A stretch of DNA of 64,000 bases, taken from positions 70,507 to 134,506 of the forward strand of contig JBBTSM010000002.1 of NCBI GenBank assembly GCA_038064675.1. Reading direction: 5' to 3'. The stretch comes from Patescibacteria group bacterium. GTDB taxonomy: Bacteria > Patescibacteriota > Patescibacteriia > UBA9934. The translations under genes were made by a program, and so were the position numbers. The stretch's first letter is position 1, and every line of letters begins with the position of its first letter. The notes under the pieces are model-generated. The model was not told the DNA's origin. It made no database searches and was given only the letters and a program-made list of their open reading frames with translations. This document shows, one piece after another, positions 28,649-36,815 of the stretch.

Positions 28649-29284
28649 ATGACCGACTCTCCAAAAACAACAGCACCAGTAGCAGCAACCGGAGCTGCAC
28701 GACCAGCATTTGGTGCCAATCGTGGCGCAGCAGGACGCGGTGGCCGTCCAGGTCAGGGCGGTCGACCAGGTGGAAATGATTCACGCGGCAAAGGTGGAGC
28801 ACGCGGTGGTCGTCGTGACGACCGTGAACCGCGCGAATTCGAGCAGAAGATTCTCGAACTTGCTCGTGTCACTCGTGTGACCAAGGGTGGAAAGCGTATG
28901 CGTTTCCGCGCGAGCTTGGTCATTGGTGATCGCCGTGGTCGCGTGGGATTCGGTGTTGCAAAGGGCGCTGACGTTGCGATGGCTGTGGAAAAGGCATTCC
29001 GTCAGGCCAAAAAGAACATGGTCACTGTTCCTCTCGTGAAGGAAACTATTCCACACGAAGTTCAGCGGAAGTTCGCTGCAGCAATCGTGCTTTTGAAGCC
29101 AGCTCCACAGGGTACCGGGCTTAAGTGCGGTGGTCCTGCACGTATGGTCTTGGAACTTGCTGGTGTACCAAACGCTGTTTCGAAGCTGATGGGTTCAAGC
29201 AACAAGATTAACAACGCAAAGGCAACGTTCTTGGCGCTTGTCGCATTGCGCAAGCCGGAATCTGCTCCAGTTATTACCGCTTAA
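28649..29284 (+). CDS. rpsE: 30S ribosomal protein S5 with RGG-rich N-terminus
   Basis: RVTRVTKGGKR, LKPAPQGTG. Confidence 0.99.
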   Translation: MTDSPKTTAPVAATGAARPAFGANRGAAGRGGRPGQGGRPGGNDSRGKGGARGGRRDDREPREFEQKILELARVTRVTKGGKRMRFRASLVIGDRRGRVGFGVAKGADVAMAVEKAFRQAKKNMVTVPLVKETIPHEVQRKFAAAIVLLKPAPQGTGLKCGGPARMVLELAGVPNAVSKLMGSSNKINNAKATFLALVALRKPESAPVITA

Positions 29285-29285
29285 T

Positions 29286-29723
29286 ATGGCAATCTCTCTC
29301 TCAACCCTTCGCTCCGCCCTCGGTGCAAAGCGTAACAAGCGTCGCGTTGGTCGCGGCTTGGGTTCGCGCGGCACCACGGCTGGTCGTGGACAAAAAGGTC
29401 AGAGCGCTCGTTCGGGTGTTGGTGGATTGAAGCGCCTTGGTATGCGAAGCCTCATGCTCGCAACACCAAAGATGCGTGGATTCAAATCGCTTGCCGCAAA
29501 GGTGCAGGCGGTGAATCTTCAATCGATCGCATCAAAGTACATTGCGGGCGAATACGTCACACCAGCAACTCTTGCAAAAAAGGGGTTGGTGTTGAGTAAG
29601 TCCGCTCCAGTGAAGATTCTCGGAAACGGAGAAATCACCGCTGCGGTTACGATAAAGAACTGCACCGTTTCTGCATCTGCTGCAGAAAAGATCACCAAGG
29701 CCGGCGGTACCGTTAACGCGTAG
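29286..29723 (+). CDS. rplO: 50S ribosomal protein L15
   Basis: RVGRGLGSRGTTAGRGQKGQ, VKILGNG. Confidence 0.98.
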   Translation: MAISLSTLRSALGAKRNKRRVGRGLGSRGTTAGRGQKGQSARSGVGGLKRLGMRSLMLATPKMRGFKSLAAKVQAVNLQSIASKYIAGEYVTPATLAKKGLVLSKSAPVKILGNGEITAAVTIKNCTVSASAAEKITKAGGTVNA

Positions 29724-29736
29724 TTTCTTCCCAAAT

Positions 29737-30993
29737 ATGGAAACCCTGAAACGCATCTTCCGCATTCCGGAGCTCCGTAATGCGCTCCTGTTCATCGTCT
29801 TTGTGGTTGTGGTGTTCCGCGTTGCGGCGCACATTCCGGTTCCGGGCATTGATGCATCAGGGTTGTCTTCCATTTTGGAAGGAAACCAATTTTTGGGCAT
29901 CTTGAACATGTTTTCAGGAGGAACACTCGCGAACTTCTCTATCGTTGCACTGGGTGTCTCTCCGTATATTACTGCGTCGATCATCTTTCAGCTTCTTGGC
30001 ATGATCTTCCCGTCACTGGAAGAGCTGCAAAAGGAAGAACAGGGCCGTCAGCGCATTACCCGCTGGACACGATTCGCGACGGTTCCTCTTGCGTTTCTGC
30101 AGGGATACGGTGTGCTGCGCCTGTTGGAAAGTCAGCAGCAGCTCGGCATTCATTTGACTGGAATTCAGCTCATTTTCGCCTTGATTTCCATGGCGGCTGG
30201 ATCCATCTTCTTAATGTGGCTTGGTGAGCTTGCGACAGAACGAAAAATGGGAAATGGCATTTCGCTTCTCATTTTTGCAGGTATCATGGCTGGTCTTCCT
30301 AGCGCCGTTGCGCAGGCTGTCGCAACATACAATTCTGGCGATTTCTTGAGCCTTGGTCTCTTCGCTGTACTCGCTATTGTTACTATCGTTGGCGTCGTTG
30401 TTGTAACTGAGGGCCAACGGAACATTCTCGTCCAATACGCTCGTGGCGGCGGGCAGATGTCGGGCAAGGTGCAGTCTTCTTTGCCACTTCGCTTGAACAT
30501 TGGTGGAATGATTCCAATTCTCTTTGCGCTCTCTATCGTCGTTCTTCCTCCATTGCTTGCACAGTTCTTTACACAGGCTCGAACGCAAGTGATTCGTGAC
30601 ATCGCACAATGGGTGTCTGTCACCTTCCAGAACAATACCGTTTACGCTGTGCTGTATTTTGTTCTCGTGTTTGCTTTTACCTTCTTCTACGCCTCTATCG
30701 TGTTCCGTCCGGAACAGATCTCGGAGAACTTGCAGAAGCAGGGTGGATTCATTCCAGGCGTTCGCCCAGGCGAACAGACAACGAAGTACTTGCAGTGGGT
30801 GATGAACCGTTTGTTGCTCTCTGGCGCCTTCTTCCTGGCAACTATCGCTATTCTTCCAAACGTCGTTCAGGGTTTCACCGGCAATCAGAGCCTCGCGGTC
30901 GGCGGATCATCCATGATCATCGTCGTTTCCGTGGTTATCGACATCGTAAAACAGGTTCAGTCGCAGCTCACGATGCGCGCGTACGATGTGTAA
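29737..30993 (+). CDS. secY: Preprotein translocase subunit SecY
   Basis: SIVALGVSPYITASII, WLGE...GNGISLLIF, GGFIPGVRPG. Confidence 0.99.
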   Translation: METLKRIFRIPELRNALLFIVFVVVVFRVAAHIPVPGIDASGLSSILEGNQFLGILNMFSGGTLANFSIVALGVSPYITASIIFQLLGMIFPSLEELQKEEQGRQRITRWTRFATVPLAFLQGYGVLRLLESQQQLGIHLTGIQLIFALISMAAGSIFLMWLGELATERKMGNGISLLIFAGIMAGLPSAVAQAVATYNSGDFLSLGLFAVLAIVTIVGVVVVTEGQRNILVQYARGGGQMSGKVQSSLPLRLNIGGMIPILFALSIVVLPPLLAQFFTQARTQVIRDIAQWVSVTFQNNTVYAVLYFVLVFAFTFFYASIVFRPEQISENLQKQGGFIPGVRPGEQTTKYLQWVMNRLLLSGAFFLATIAILPNVVQGFTGNQSLAVGGSSMIIVVSVVIDIVKQVQSQLTMRAYDV

Positions 30994-31004
30994 GGTCTCC
31001 TATA

Positions 31005-31031
31005 AAAATCACCGCTTCGAGCGGTGATTTT
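31005..31031 (+). terminator. Intrinsic (bidirectional-type) terminator after secY
   Basis: AAAATCACCGC-TTCGA-GCGGTGATTTT. Confidence 0.8.
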
Positions 31032-31101
31032 TATATCCACAGTTTTTGTTTTGATCGGATCATGGATCCTGTATAGTCGCCTGAGTATTTATGATGCCTT
31101 T

Positions 31102-31497
31102 ATGACCCATGAGGTTATACCTGCGGAATCTGGGCCTAGAACACTAGATCTCCGCCCTCCGGAGCCCATCGACGTGAAAGATGGTGCAGGTCGTTGGAAT
31201 TTTCGTCTCGAAAAGAAGCCTGATGGATACTCCGTTCGTGGAGTCCCAGGAAACTCTGATTTCGTTGGGGTGAACATGACGATCGTGTTAAAGATTGAGT
31301 ATCCTGATCGGGTGTATAGGGAAGACGAATCAGCTCGCCTTGTTAGAGGGGAAATTCTTCCAACGCATGCGGTGTTTTCTCCGCTTGAAGACGATTTCGT
31401 AAATGGCAAGGTCCCTGATCTCGTTGCTCTTCAAAAATATATCGAGTCCTGGAAGTTTGATTTTATGGGACGAAATGAATTGACGCTTGCGAAGTAG
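31102..31497 (+). CDS. Hypothetical protein inserted between secY and adk
   Basis: 131-aa ORF, T-ATG start, TG-TATAGT -10 box upstream, hairpin at 31510-31548 downstream. Confidence 0.65.
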   Translation: MTHEVIPAESGPRTLDLRPPEPIDVKDGAGRWNFRLEKKPDGYSVRGVPGNSDFVGVNMTIVLKIEYPDRVYREDESARLVRGEILPTHAVFSPLEDDFVNGKVPDLVALQKYIESWKFDFMGRNELTLAK

Positions 31498-31568
31498 CTT
31501 ACAGAATATACAGCCTCCGGTTTTGCGAAAGCAGCCCGGAGGCTGTACTGTTAGGGCGTATTCCACCT

Positions 31569-32135
31569 ATGATGCATCGAATTTTCTTGCTTGGACCACA
31601 GGGATGCGGAAAGGGGACGCAGGCGGTAATTTTGGCGGCACGACTTGGTATTCCCGAGTTCTCCATGGGGCAATTGCTTCGCGACGCTGCGGCTGGAACG
31701 GACGATCTCGCTGATCGCATTAAGGCGATTCAGGCAAAGGGAGAGCTTGTGCCAGGAAAAGTTGTCGCGGAAGTGCTTCGTGCGCGTCTTGATAAACCTG
31801 ATTGCGCGAATGGATACATCCTCGACGGTTTTCCGCGGAATCAGGATCAGTACGATTCATACGCCGAGCACGACAAGCCAACTGCGGTGATTGTTATCGA
31901 AGTCCCTCGTGAAGTTTCCATCGAGCGCATTGCACATCGATCTCGAACGGAGCATCGCACCGACGACACACCGGAAGCGATTCGTCGTCGTCTCGAGATC
32001 TACGATCAAGATACGGAACCGATGATTAATCATTATCGAGCGCAGGGCTTGGTTCGTGAAGTAGATGGCGTTGGGACGGTCGAAGATGTTGCGGACCGAA
32101 TTTACGGAATCTGTACTCTGCAAGGTGGCTGTTAA
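31569..32135 (+). CDS. adk: Adenylate kinase (short LID)
   Basis: GPQGCGKGTQA, GYILDGFPR, RTDD. Confidence 0.96.
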   Translation: MMHRIFLLGPQGCGKGTQAVILAARLGIPEFSMGQLLRDAAAGTDDLADRIKAIQAKGELVPGKVVAEVLRARLDKPDCANGYILDGFPRNQDQYDSYAEHDKPTAVIVIEVPREVSIERIAHRSRTEHRTDDTPEAIRRRLEIYDQDTEPMINHYRAQGLVREVDGVGTVEDVADRIYGICTLQGGC

Positions 32136-32139
32136 TTGT

Positions 32140-32925
32140 ATGGCGAACATCAAAACAGTTGAAGAAGTTCAGGTGATGCGCGAAGGAGGTATTCTTTTAT
32201 CGAACGCGCTTCAGGCTGCAGTTGATGCGGCAAAGCCTGGTGTGACGATGAAACAGCTCGACGACATTGCGCGCGGCGTCATCGAAGCTGGTGGCGGTAC
32301 GCCATCGTTCCTTGGGTATGGTTCTAAGAGCAGGCCATTTCCTGCGACGGTGTGTATTTCGCGGAACGAAGAGGTTGTTCATGGTTTAGGGAATCGTGAA
32401 ATCGCACTCGACGAAGGCGATATCGTCGGCCTCGACATTGGCTGTTGGTACAAGGGGCTGTGCACCGACATGGCAGTAACCGTACCGATTGGATCGATTA
32501 CGAAGGAACGCGCAACGTTGCTTCGTATTACGTACGATTCGATGATGGCGGGTGTTAATGCTGCGGTGATCGGAAATACGGTCATGGACATTGCAGGGGC
32601 GGTGGAAGACGTCGTACCAAAGGGATATGGAATTGTTGAGTCACTCGTCGGCCATGGTGTTGGGCATCAGGTTCACGAGGCGCCGAATGTCCCAAATTTC
32701 CGTGGGAAGCACTTCCCAAAGGCACCACTTCTCGACGGAATGTGCATCGCCATCGAACCGATGGTGACCACGGGAACGCATGAAGTGGAGGTTTCCGATG
32801 ATGAATGGACGATTGTAACCGCAGACAAGAGTGACGCGGCACACTTCGAAGTTACTGTCGCGATTCTGCCGGGCGGACCGGAAATTCTCACGCCCGTACC
32901 AAAAGTTCGGGGTGTAACCGCATAA
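32140..32925 (+). CDS. map: Methionine aminopeptidase type I
   Basis: NEEVVHG, DIG...D, GHGVG...HE, AIEPM, AAHFE. Confidence 0.97.
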   Translation: MANIKTVEEVQVMREGGILLSNALQAAVDAAKPGVTMKQLDDIARGVIEAGGGTPSFLGYGSKSRPFPATVCISRNEEVVHGLGNREIALDEGDIVGLDIGCWYKGLCTDMAVTVPIGSITKERATLLRITYDSMMAGVNAAVIGNTVMDIAGAVEDVVPKGYGIVESLVGHGVGHQVHEAPNVPNFRGKHFPKAPLLDGMCIAIEPMVTTGTHEVEVSDDEWTIVTADKSDAAHFEVTVAILPGGPEILTPVPKVRGVTA

Positions 32926-32928
32926 GTT

Positions 32929-33372
32929 ATGAAAAAAGACGACATCTTCGGCGGCGTGATTCTCCTCATCGTTATTGCGGCGATCGGTGCATTTTTATAC
33001 TTTGCGCAGTCTGCGCCAGAGCTGAGCTACGGGCCGGTGGAGCTTGCGGGGAGTGTGTTGAGTGCAGCGCCAAAATCGACAACCGAAGTTACAATTAGTG
33101 GCACGCTCGTAAAATCTGGTTTCGTCACTATCCATCAGGCGATGGGCACAGCGCCAGGAGAGATTGTTGGTACATCTGATCTGATTGTTGCCGGTATATT
33201 CACGGACGTGGTTGTGCATCTTGCGAAACCGATGGAATACGCTGGGCCGTATGTCGCCTTGCTCCACGTGGATAATGGCGATGGCGTTTTCGTGGTGAAA
33301 GACGATATGCCGGTTACCTCAAGCGGCGTATCGGTTCGTGCAGATTTCAATTCGCCACCAGAGGTGAAGTAA
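32929..33372 (+). CDS. Membrane-anchored hypothetical protein (beta-rich extracellular domain)
   Basis: N-terminal TM helix; GFVTIH, LHVDNGDG motifs. Confidence 0.75.
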   Translation: MKKDDIFGGVILLIVIAAIGAFLYFAQSAPELSYGPVELAGSVLSAAPKSTTEVTISGTLVKSGFVTIHQAMGTAPGEIVGTSDLIVAGIFTDVVVHLAKPMEYAGPYVALLHVDNGDGVFVVKDDMPVTSSGVSVRADFNSPPEVK

Positions 33373-33376
33373 TTTT

Positions 33377-33802
33377 GTGAAATATCTTGGTATCGACTTT
33401 GGTGTTCGGAAGATTGGCCTTGCGTCTGGCGACGATGAGACGGGTTTGGCGTTCCCGATGGGCAATATCGACGGGGGAGTGAAGGCGATTTTCACCATCA
33501 TGAATCGCGCTCGAGACGAGGGCGCCGAAGCACTTGTCATCGGATTACCAATTCCCGATGCGCATCAGTCCGATACACAGCTTGAGCTAACGAAACAGTT
33601 TGTTCGCGATGCGCAGGCTGCGACATCTCTGTCGGTGTTCGTTGTTGATGAGCAGTTTACTTCCGCAGAGGCACGTCGATTACAGGCGGAATATGGCGGC
33701 GATATGCCGGAAGACGCTTGGGCTGCAAAAATCATCCTTCAAGCATTTCTTGACGGTGATGTTGAACTTACAGTCGATGAAGCGAAGCGGCGCGAAGAGT
33801 AA
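33377..33802 (+). CDS. ruvX: YqgF/RuvX pre-16S rRNA nuclease / Holliday junction resolvase-like
   Basis: LGIDFGVRKIGLA, VIGLP, DEQFTS, DAWAAKIILQ. Confidence 0.93.
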   Translation: MKYLGIDFGVRKIGLASGDDETGLAFPMGNIDGGVKAIFTIMNRARDEGAEALVIGLPIPDAHQSDTQLELTKQFVRDAQAATSLSVFVVDEQFTSAEARRLQAEYGGDMPEDAWAAKIILQAFLDGDVELTVDEAKRREE

Positions 33803-33804
33803 GT

Positions 33805-34593
33805 ATGTGGAGCACGGTAAAAACGATAGGGATTGTCATGACGTCGTCGCCGTGGCGTGAGGCGGATCGGTGGTATAGCGCCCTAACGCCGGAATTCGGT
33901 TTGATTGAGTTTGTTGGGCGCGGTGCGCAAAAGCCGCGAGCGAAACTCGCCGCGCATTTAGAGCCATTCGCGATCGTTGAACTCGAAATCGTGAAAGGTG
34001 CGCGATCGACCACCGTCATTGGTGTTGAGCGACGTGAGGTATTTGATCGCATTCAAACGAGCCTCGAGCACCGCATGTTTACACAAACGCTTTTTGCGAT
34101 GTTGGCGAAGGCGATTCGGCCAGATCTCGCAGATCCAGAACTTTTCGATGAAGTGATTGGGCTCGTTCGATTTTTAAACTTACAGGTCTCTTTGCAAAAC
34201 ACCAGAAGCGCTTTTGTTCTCGGCGCGACAATTCTCCGCCTGCTCAGCCGTCTTGGTTACGGTGTCGAGCTGCACGATTGCCTCGCGTGTCGCAAAGACG
34301 TTCTCCCGCTTTCATTTCGTTGGCACGGCGGACGTGGGGGATTGGTGTGCTCCGATTGTGTGCAGAGAAACCCCGAAGATTGGTTCTCTGCGCGCCCGAT
34401 GGACGAAGAGATCGTTACGCTAATGCGTATCGGTCGCGACGAATCCTACGAGTCGCTCATGCGCATGCCGCTCCTCGGCCAACAAGTAGAAGACTTCGTC
34501 CAATGCGTCCACGACGTCTACGTCTATCACGTCCCTGGCGAAATCACGATGCCGTTCTGGACAGGAGTATTGGCGGTGCCGGCGAGGGTATAG
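33805..34593 (+). CDS. recO: DNA repair protein RecO
   Basis: READR...LTPEFG...GAQKPRAKLAAHLEPF, CxxC...GGLVCxxC. Confidence 0.9.
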   Translation: MWSTVKTIGIVMTSSPWREADRWYSALTPEFGLIEFVGRGAQKPRAKLAAHLEPFAIVELEIVKGARSTTVIGVERREVFDRIQTSLEHRMFTQTLFAMLAKAIRPDLADPELFDEVIGLVRFLNLQVSLQNTRSAFVLGATILRLLSRLGYGVELHDCLACRKDVLPLSFRWHGGRGGLVCSDCVQRNPEDWFSARPMDEEIVTLMRIGRDESYESLMRMPLLGQQVEDFVQCVHDVYVYHVPGEITMPFWTGVLAVPARV

Positions 34594-34601
34594 ATATTTC
34601 T

Positions 34602-35063
34602 ATGAAAGAACATTGCTTGATCTGTGAAAGAATTCAGATGATCAAAGATGGAAAGAATCCGTATTTTGTTGCTGAGTTTGAAACGGGATATGCCGTCATT
34701 GGCGATCATCAATTTTTTCGAGGATACACATTGTTTCTTGCGAAACAGCATAAGCACGAACTTCATGAGTTTGATGACGGCTTTCGAAATCGATTTCTTG
34801 TGGAGATGAGTCAGGTTGCTGAAGCGGTATTCCGCGCATTTCATCCTGTGAAGTTGAACTATGAACTTCTTGGGAATAAAGATTCGCACGTTCATTGGCA
34901 CCTTTTCCCTCGTCATGCCAATGATCCTCAGCCGATGAGGCCAATATGGACGATCGACCCCGCGATACGCTCTGTGGAGTCCGTAAAGCCGTCGAAGGAG
35001 GGAATTGAGGTTTTGAAAAGTGAATTACTCATCGAATTGAGAAAAACTGCGCTGATTCTTTGA
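34602..35063 (+). CDS. HIT family hydrolase
   Basis: CLIC N-terminus, NYELLGN, HVHWHLFPR. Confidence 0.92.
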   Translation: MKEHCLICERIQMIKDGKNPYFVAEFETGYAVIGDHQFFRGYTLFLAKQHKHELHEFDDGFRNRFLVEMSQVAEAVFRAFHPVKLNYELLGNKDSHVHWHLFPRHANDPQPMRPIWTIDPAIRSVESVKPSKEGIEVLKSELLIELRKTALIL

Positions 35064-35140
35064 ATGGGTTGGGAGGGGGGGAGAGGTGACGCGAAAGGGC
35101 ATCATCGGCGGGCCGTGGTGCGCAATTTCCCGATTCGGAC

Positions 35141-35216
35141 ATGTGCGGTCGACCGAACATTTCACTCATCGATTCATTGGGGATTTTGCAAATAAAATGT
35201 GCGGTCCACCGCACAT
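35141..35216. repeat. Two near-perfect 20-bp palindromes ATGTGCGGTC(G/C)ACCG(A/C)ACAT
   Basis: 35141-35160 and 35197-35216. Confidence 0.7.
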
Positions 35217-35298
35217 CCCCAATATCGCAAAATGCACACGCTTGGCAGCGGTTTCCCGCCGTCATTCACATCCATTCCAAGGTCAGTCCCTCTATCCC

Positions 35299-35327
35299 TT
35301 CAAAGGATTCAGGACCCGTGCTACACT
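35299..35327 (+). promoter_or_regulatory. Sigma70 promoter of T-box/asnS
   Basis: TTCAAA-17bp-TACACT with extended TG. Confidence 0.6.
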
Positions 35328-35333
35328 CATTTC

Positions 35334-35503
35334 ACTGATGTTCGCCGTGACAGCGAGCACTGGGAGCAAACAACTTCTAGATTCAGTGTTCCACAACTAA
35401 TGAGAGCCGATTCGTCGGCTAAAGTACGGTGGCACCGCGAGTAACTTCGCCCGTACAGCTTCATGATTATTCAATCGTGACGTTGTACAGGCGAATTTTT
35501 CTT
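35334..35503 (+). promoter_or_regulatory. T-box riboswitch (Asn), transcriptional, compact stem I
   Basis: GTACGG-TGGCACC-GCGAGTAACTTCGC-CCGTAC antiterminator; overlapping terminator TTCGCCCGTACAGC...GTTGTACAGGCGAA-TTTTT; AAC codons upstream; precedes asnS. Confidence 0.85.
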
Positions 35504-35506
35504 TTT

Positions 35507-36814
35507 ATGACCTACATCTCTCAGTTAGCGTCCATGGTTGGGCAGGAAGTCGAGCTCAAGGGTTGGGCGTACAACTTTCGAAGCAGTGGCAAAATTTATT
35601 TCCTCCAGTTCCGTGATGGATCGGGACGTGTCCAGGTTGTGTACTCGCCGCAGGATATCGATGCCGCATCGTGGGAATCGCTCCAAGGCGTTCGCATTGA
35701 GTCGTCAGTTATCGTTAAAGGTATTGTGAAGGCTGAGCCTCGATCACCATCAGGATTCGAGATTTCTGGAACCAGTTTCACGATGGTGCACGTTGCGCCG
35801 GAGGATTATCCAATTGGAAAGAAGGAACACGGCCCAGAGTTTTTATTCGAGAATCGCGATCTTTATCTTCGGTCTCAGACTCCATGGGCAGTTCTGAGAA
35901 TTCGCGACAGAGTGTTCTTTTCAATTGAACAATTCTTCCACGAGGAAGGATTTATTCGCTTCGACGCTCCAATCATTCAACCAACAAGTTGCGAAGATAC
36001 CACGCAGCTCTTCCAAGTTGATTATTACGGCGAACCAAAATATCTCTCGCAATCCGGCCAGCTCTACAGCGAGGCGGGAATCATGGGTTTCGGAAAGGTG
36101 TACGACTTCGGCCCAGTGTTCCGCGCAGAAAAGAGCAAGACACGTCACCACTTGAGCGAGCTTTGGATGATGGATGCTGAAATGGCGTACTTCGATCAGG
36201 TGATGAACATGGAGGTGCAAGAGAAGATGGTGAAGCGCATCGTGAAAGATGTTCTCGATAACTGTAAGCAAGAGCTCGCGATTCTCGAACGCGATACGAC
36301 GATCTTGGAGCGTATCGTAATTGAGCCATTTGTCCATTTGAAACACTCCGAAGCGAAGAAGATTCTGCACGACGAGAAGTTGACTGTTGAGCCTGTCGAT
36401 CTCCTCGGCGACATGTCGACAGAAGAAGAGATCGCCCTTGGAAATAAGTATCAGCTTCCAGTGTTCATCGAAGACTATCCGGCGGAGATCAAGTCGTTCT
36501 ACATGAAGCGATACACGGACGATGCTGGCGTATTGCGTGCTCGATGCGCCGATCTTATTGCGCCAGAAGAAGGTCGCGAAATTATCGGCGGCAGCCAGCG
36601 CGAGGAGAGTTACGAGGCGCTTAAGCAAGAGGTTGTCGATCGCAACTATCCGTTGGCTGAGTATGAGTGGTACTTGAATACCCGAAAGTACGGCAGCGTT
36701 CCACACTCCGGCTTCGGTATCGGCCTCGAGCGAACCGTTCGATGGATCACTGGCGTGCACCACATTCGCGAAACCATTGCGTTCCCACGCATGCTCAACC
36801 GCTCAACTCCATAA
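35507..36814 (+). CDS. asnS: Asparagine--tRNA ligase
   Basis: GWAYNFRSSGK, YPIGKKEHG, YLSQSGQLY, FRAEKSKTRHHL, EIIGGSQRE, PHSGFGIGLER. Confidence 0.96.
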   Translation: MTYISQLASMVGQEVELKGWAYNFRSSGKIYFLQFRDGSGRVQVVYSPQDIDAASWESLQGVRIESSVIVKGIVKAEPRSPSGFEISGTSFTMVHVAPEDYPIGKKEHGPEFLFENRDLYLRSQTPWAVLRIRDRVFFSIEQFFHEEGFIRFDAPIIQPTSCEDTTQLFQVDYYGEPKYLSQSGQLYSEAGIMGFGKVYDFGPVFRAEKSKTRHHLSELWMMDAEMAYFDQVMNMEVQEKMVKRIVKDVLDNCKQELAILERDTTILERIVIEPFVHLKHSEAKKILHDEKLTVEPVDLLGDMSTEEEIALGNKYQLPVFIEDYPAEIKSFYMKRYTDDAGVLRARCADLIAPEEGREIIGGSQREESYEALKQEVVDRNYPLAEYEWYLNTRKYGSVPHSGFGIGLERTVRWITGVHHIRETIAFPRMLNRSTP

Positions 36815-36815
36815 T

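Noticed and set aside
29284-29286. Absence of rpmD (L30) as a novelty
   Set aside because: Established general feature of CPR ribosomes; used only as a taxonomic clue
13295-30802. Many antisense and alternate-frame ORFs over the ribosomal cluster
   Set aside because: Shadow ORFs caused by codon bias of conserved genes; no motifs or initiation signals
34278-34601. N-terminal extension of the HIT ORF
   Set aside because: Arg-rich out-of-frame overlap with recO; true start is MKEHCLIC at 34602
35066-35086. G-rich run GGGTTGGGAGGGGGGGAGAGG as a G-quadruplex or repeat copy
   Set aside because: Single occurrence with only partial similarity to the rarA/comEC element; cannot be supported
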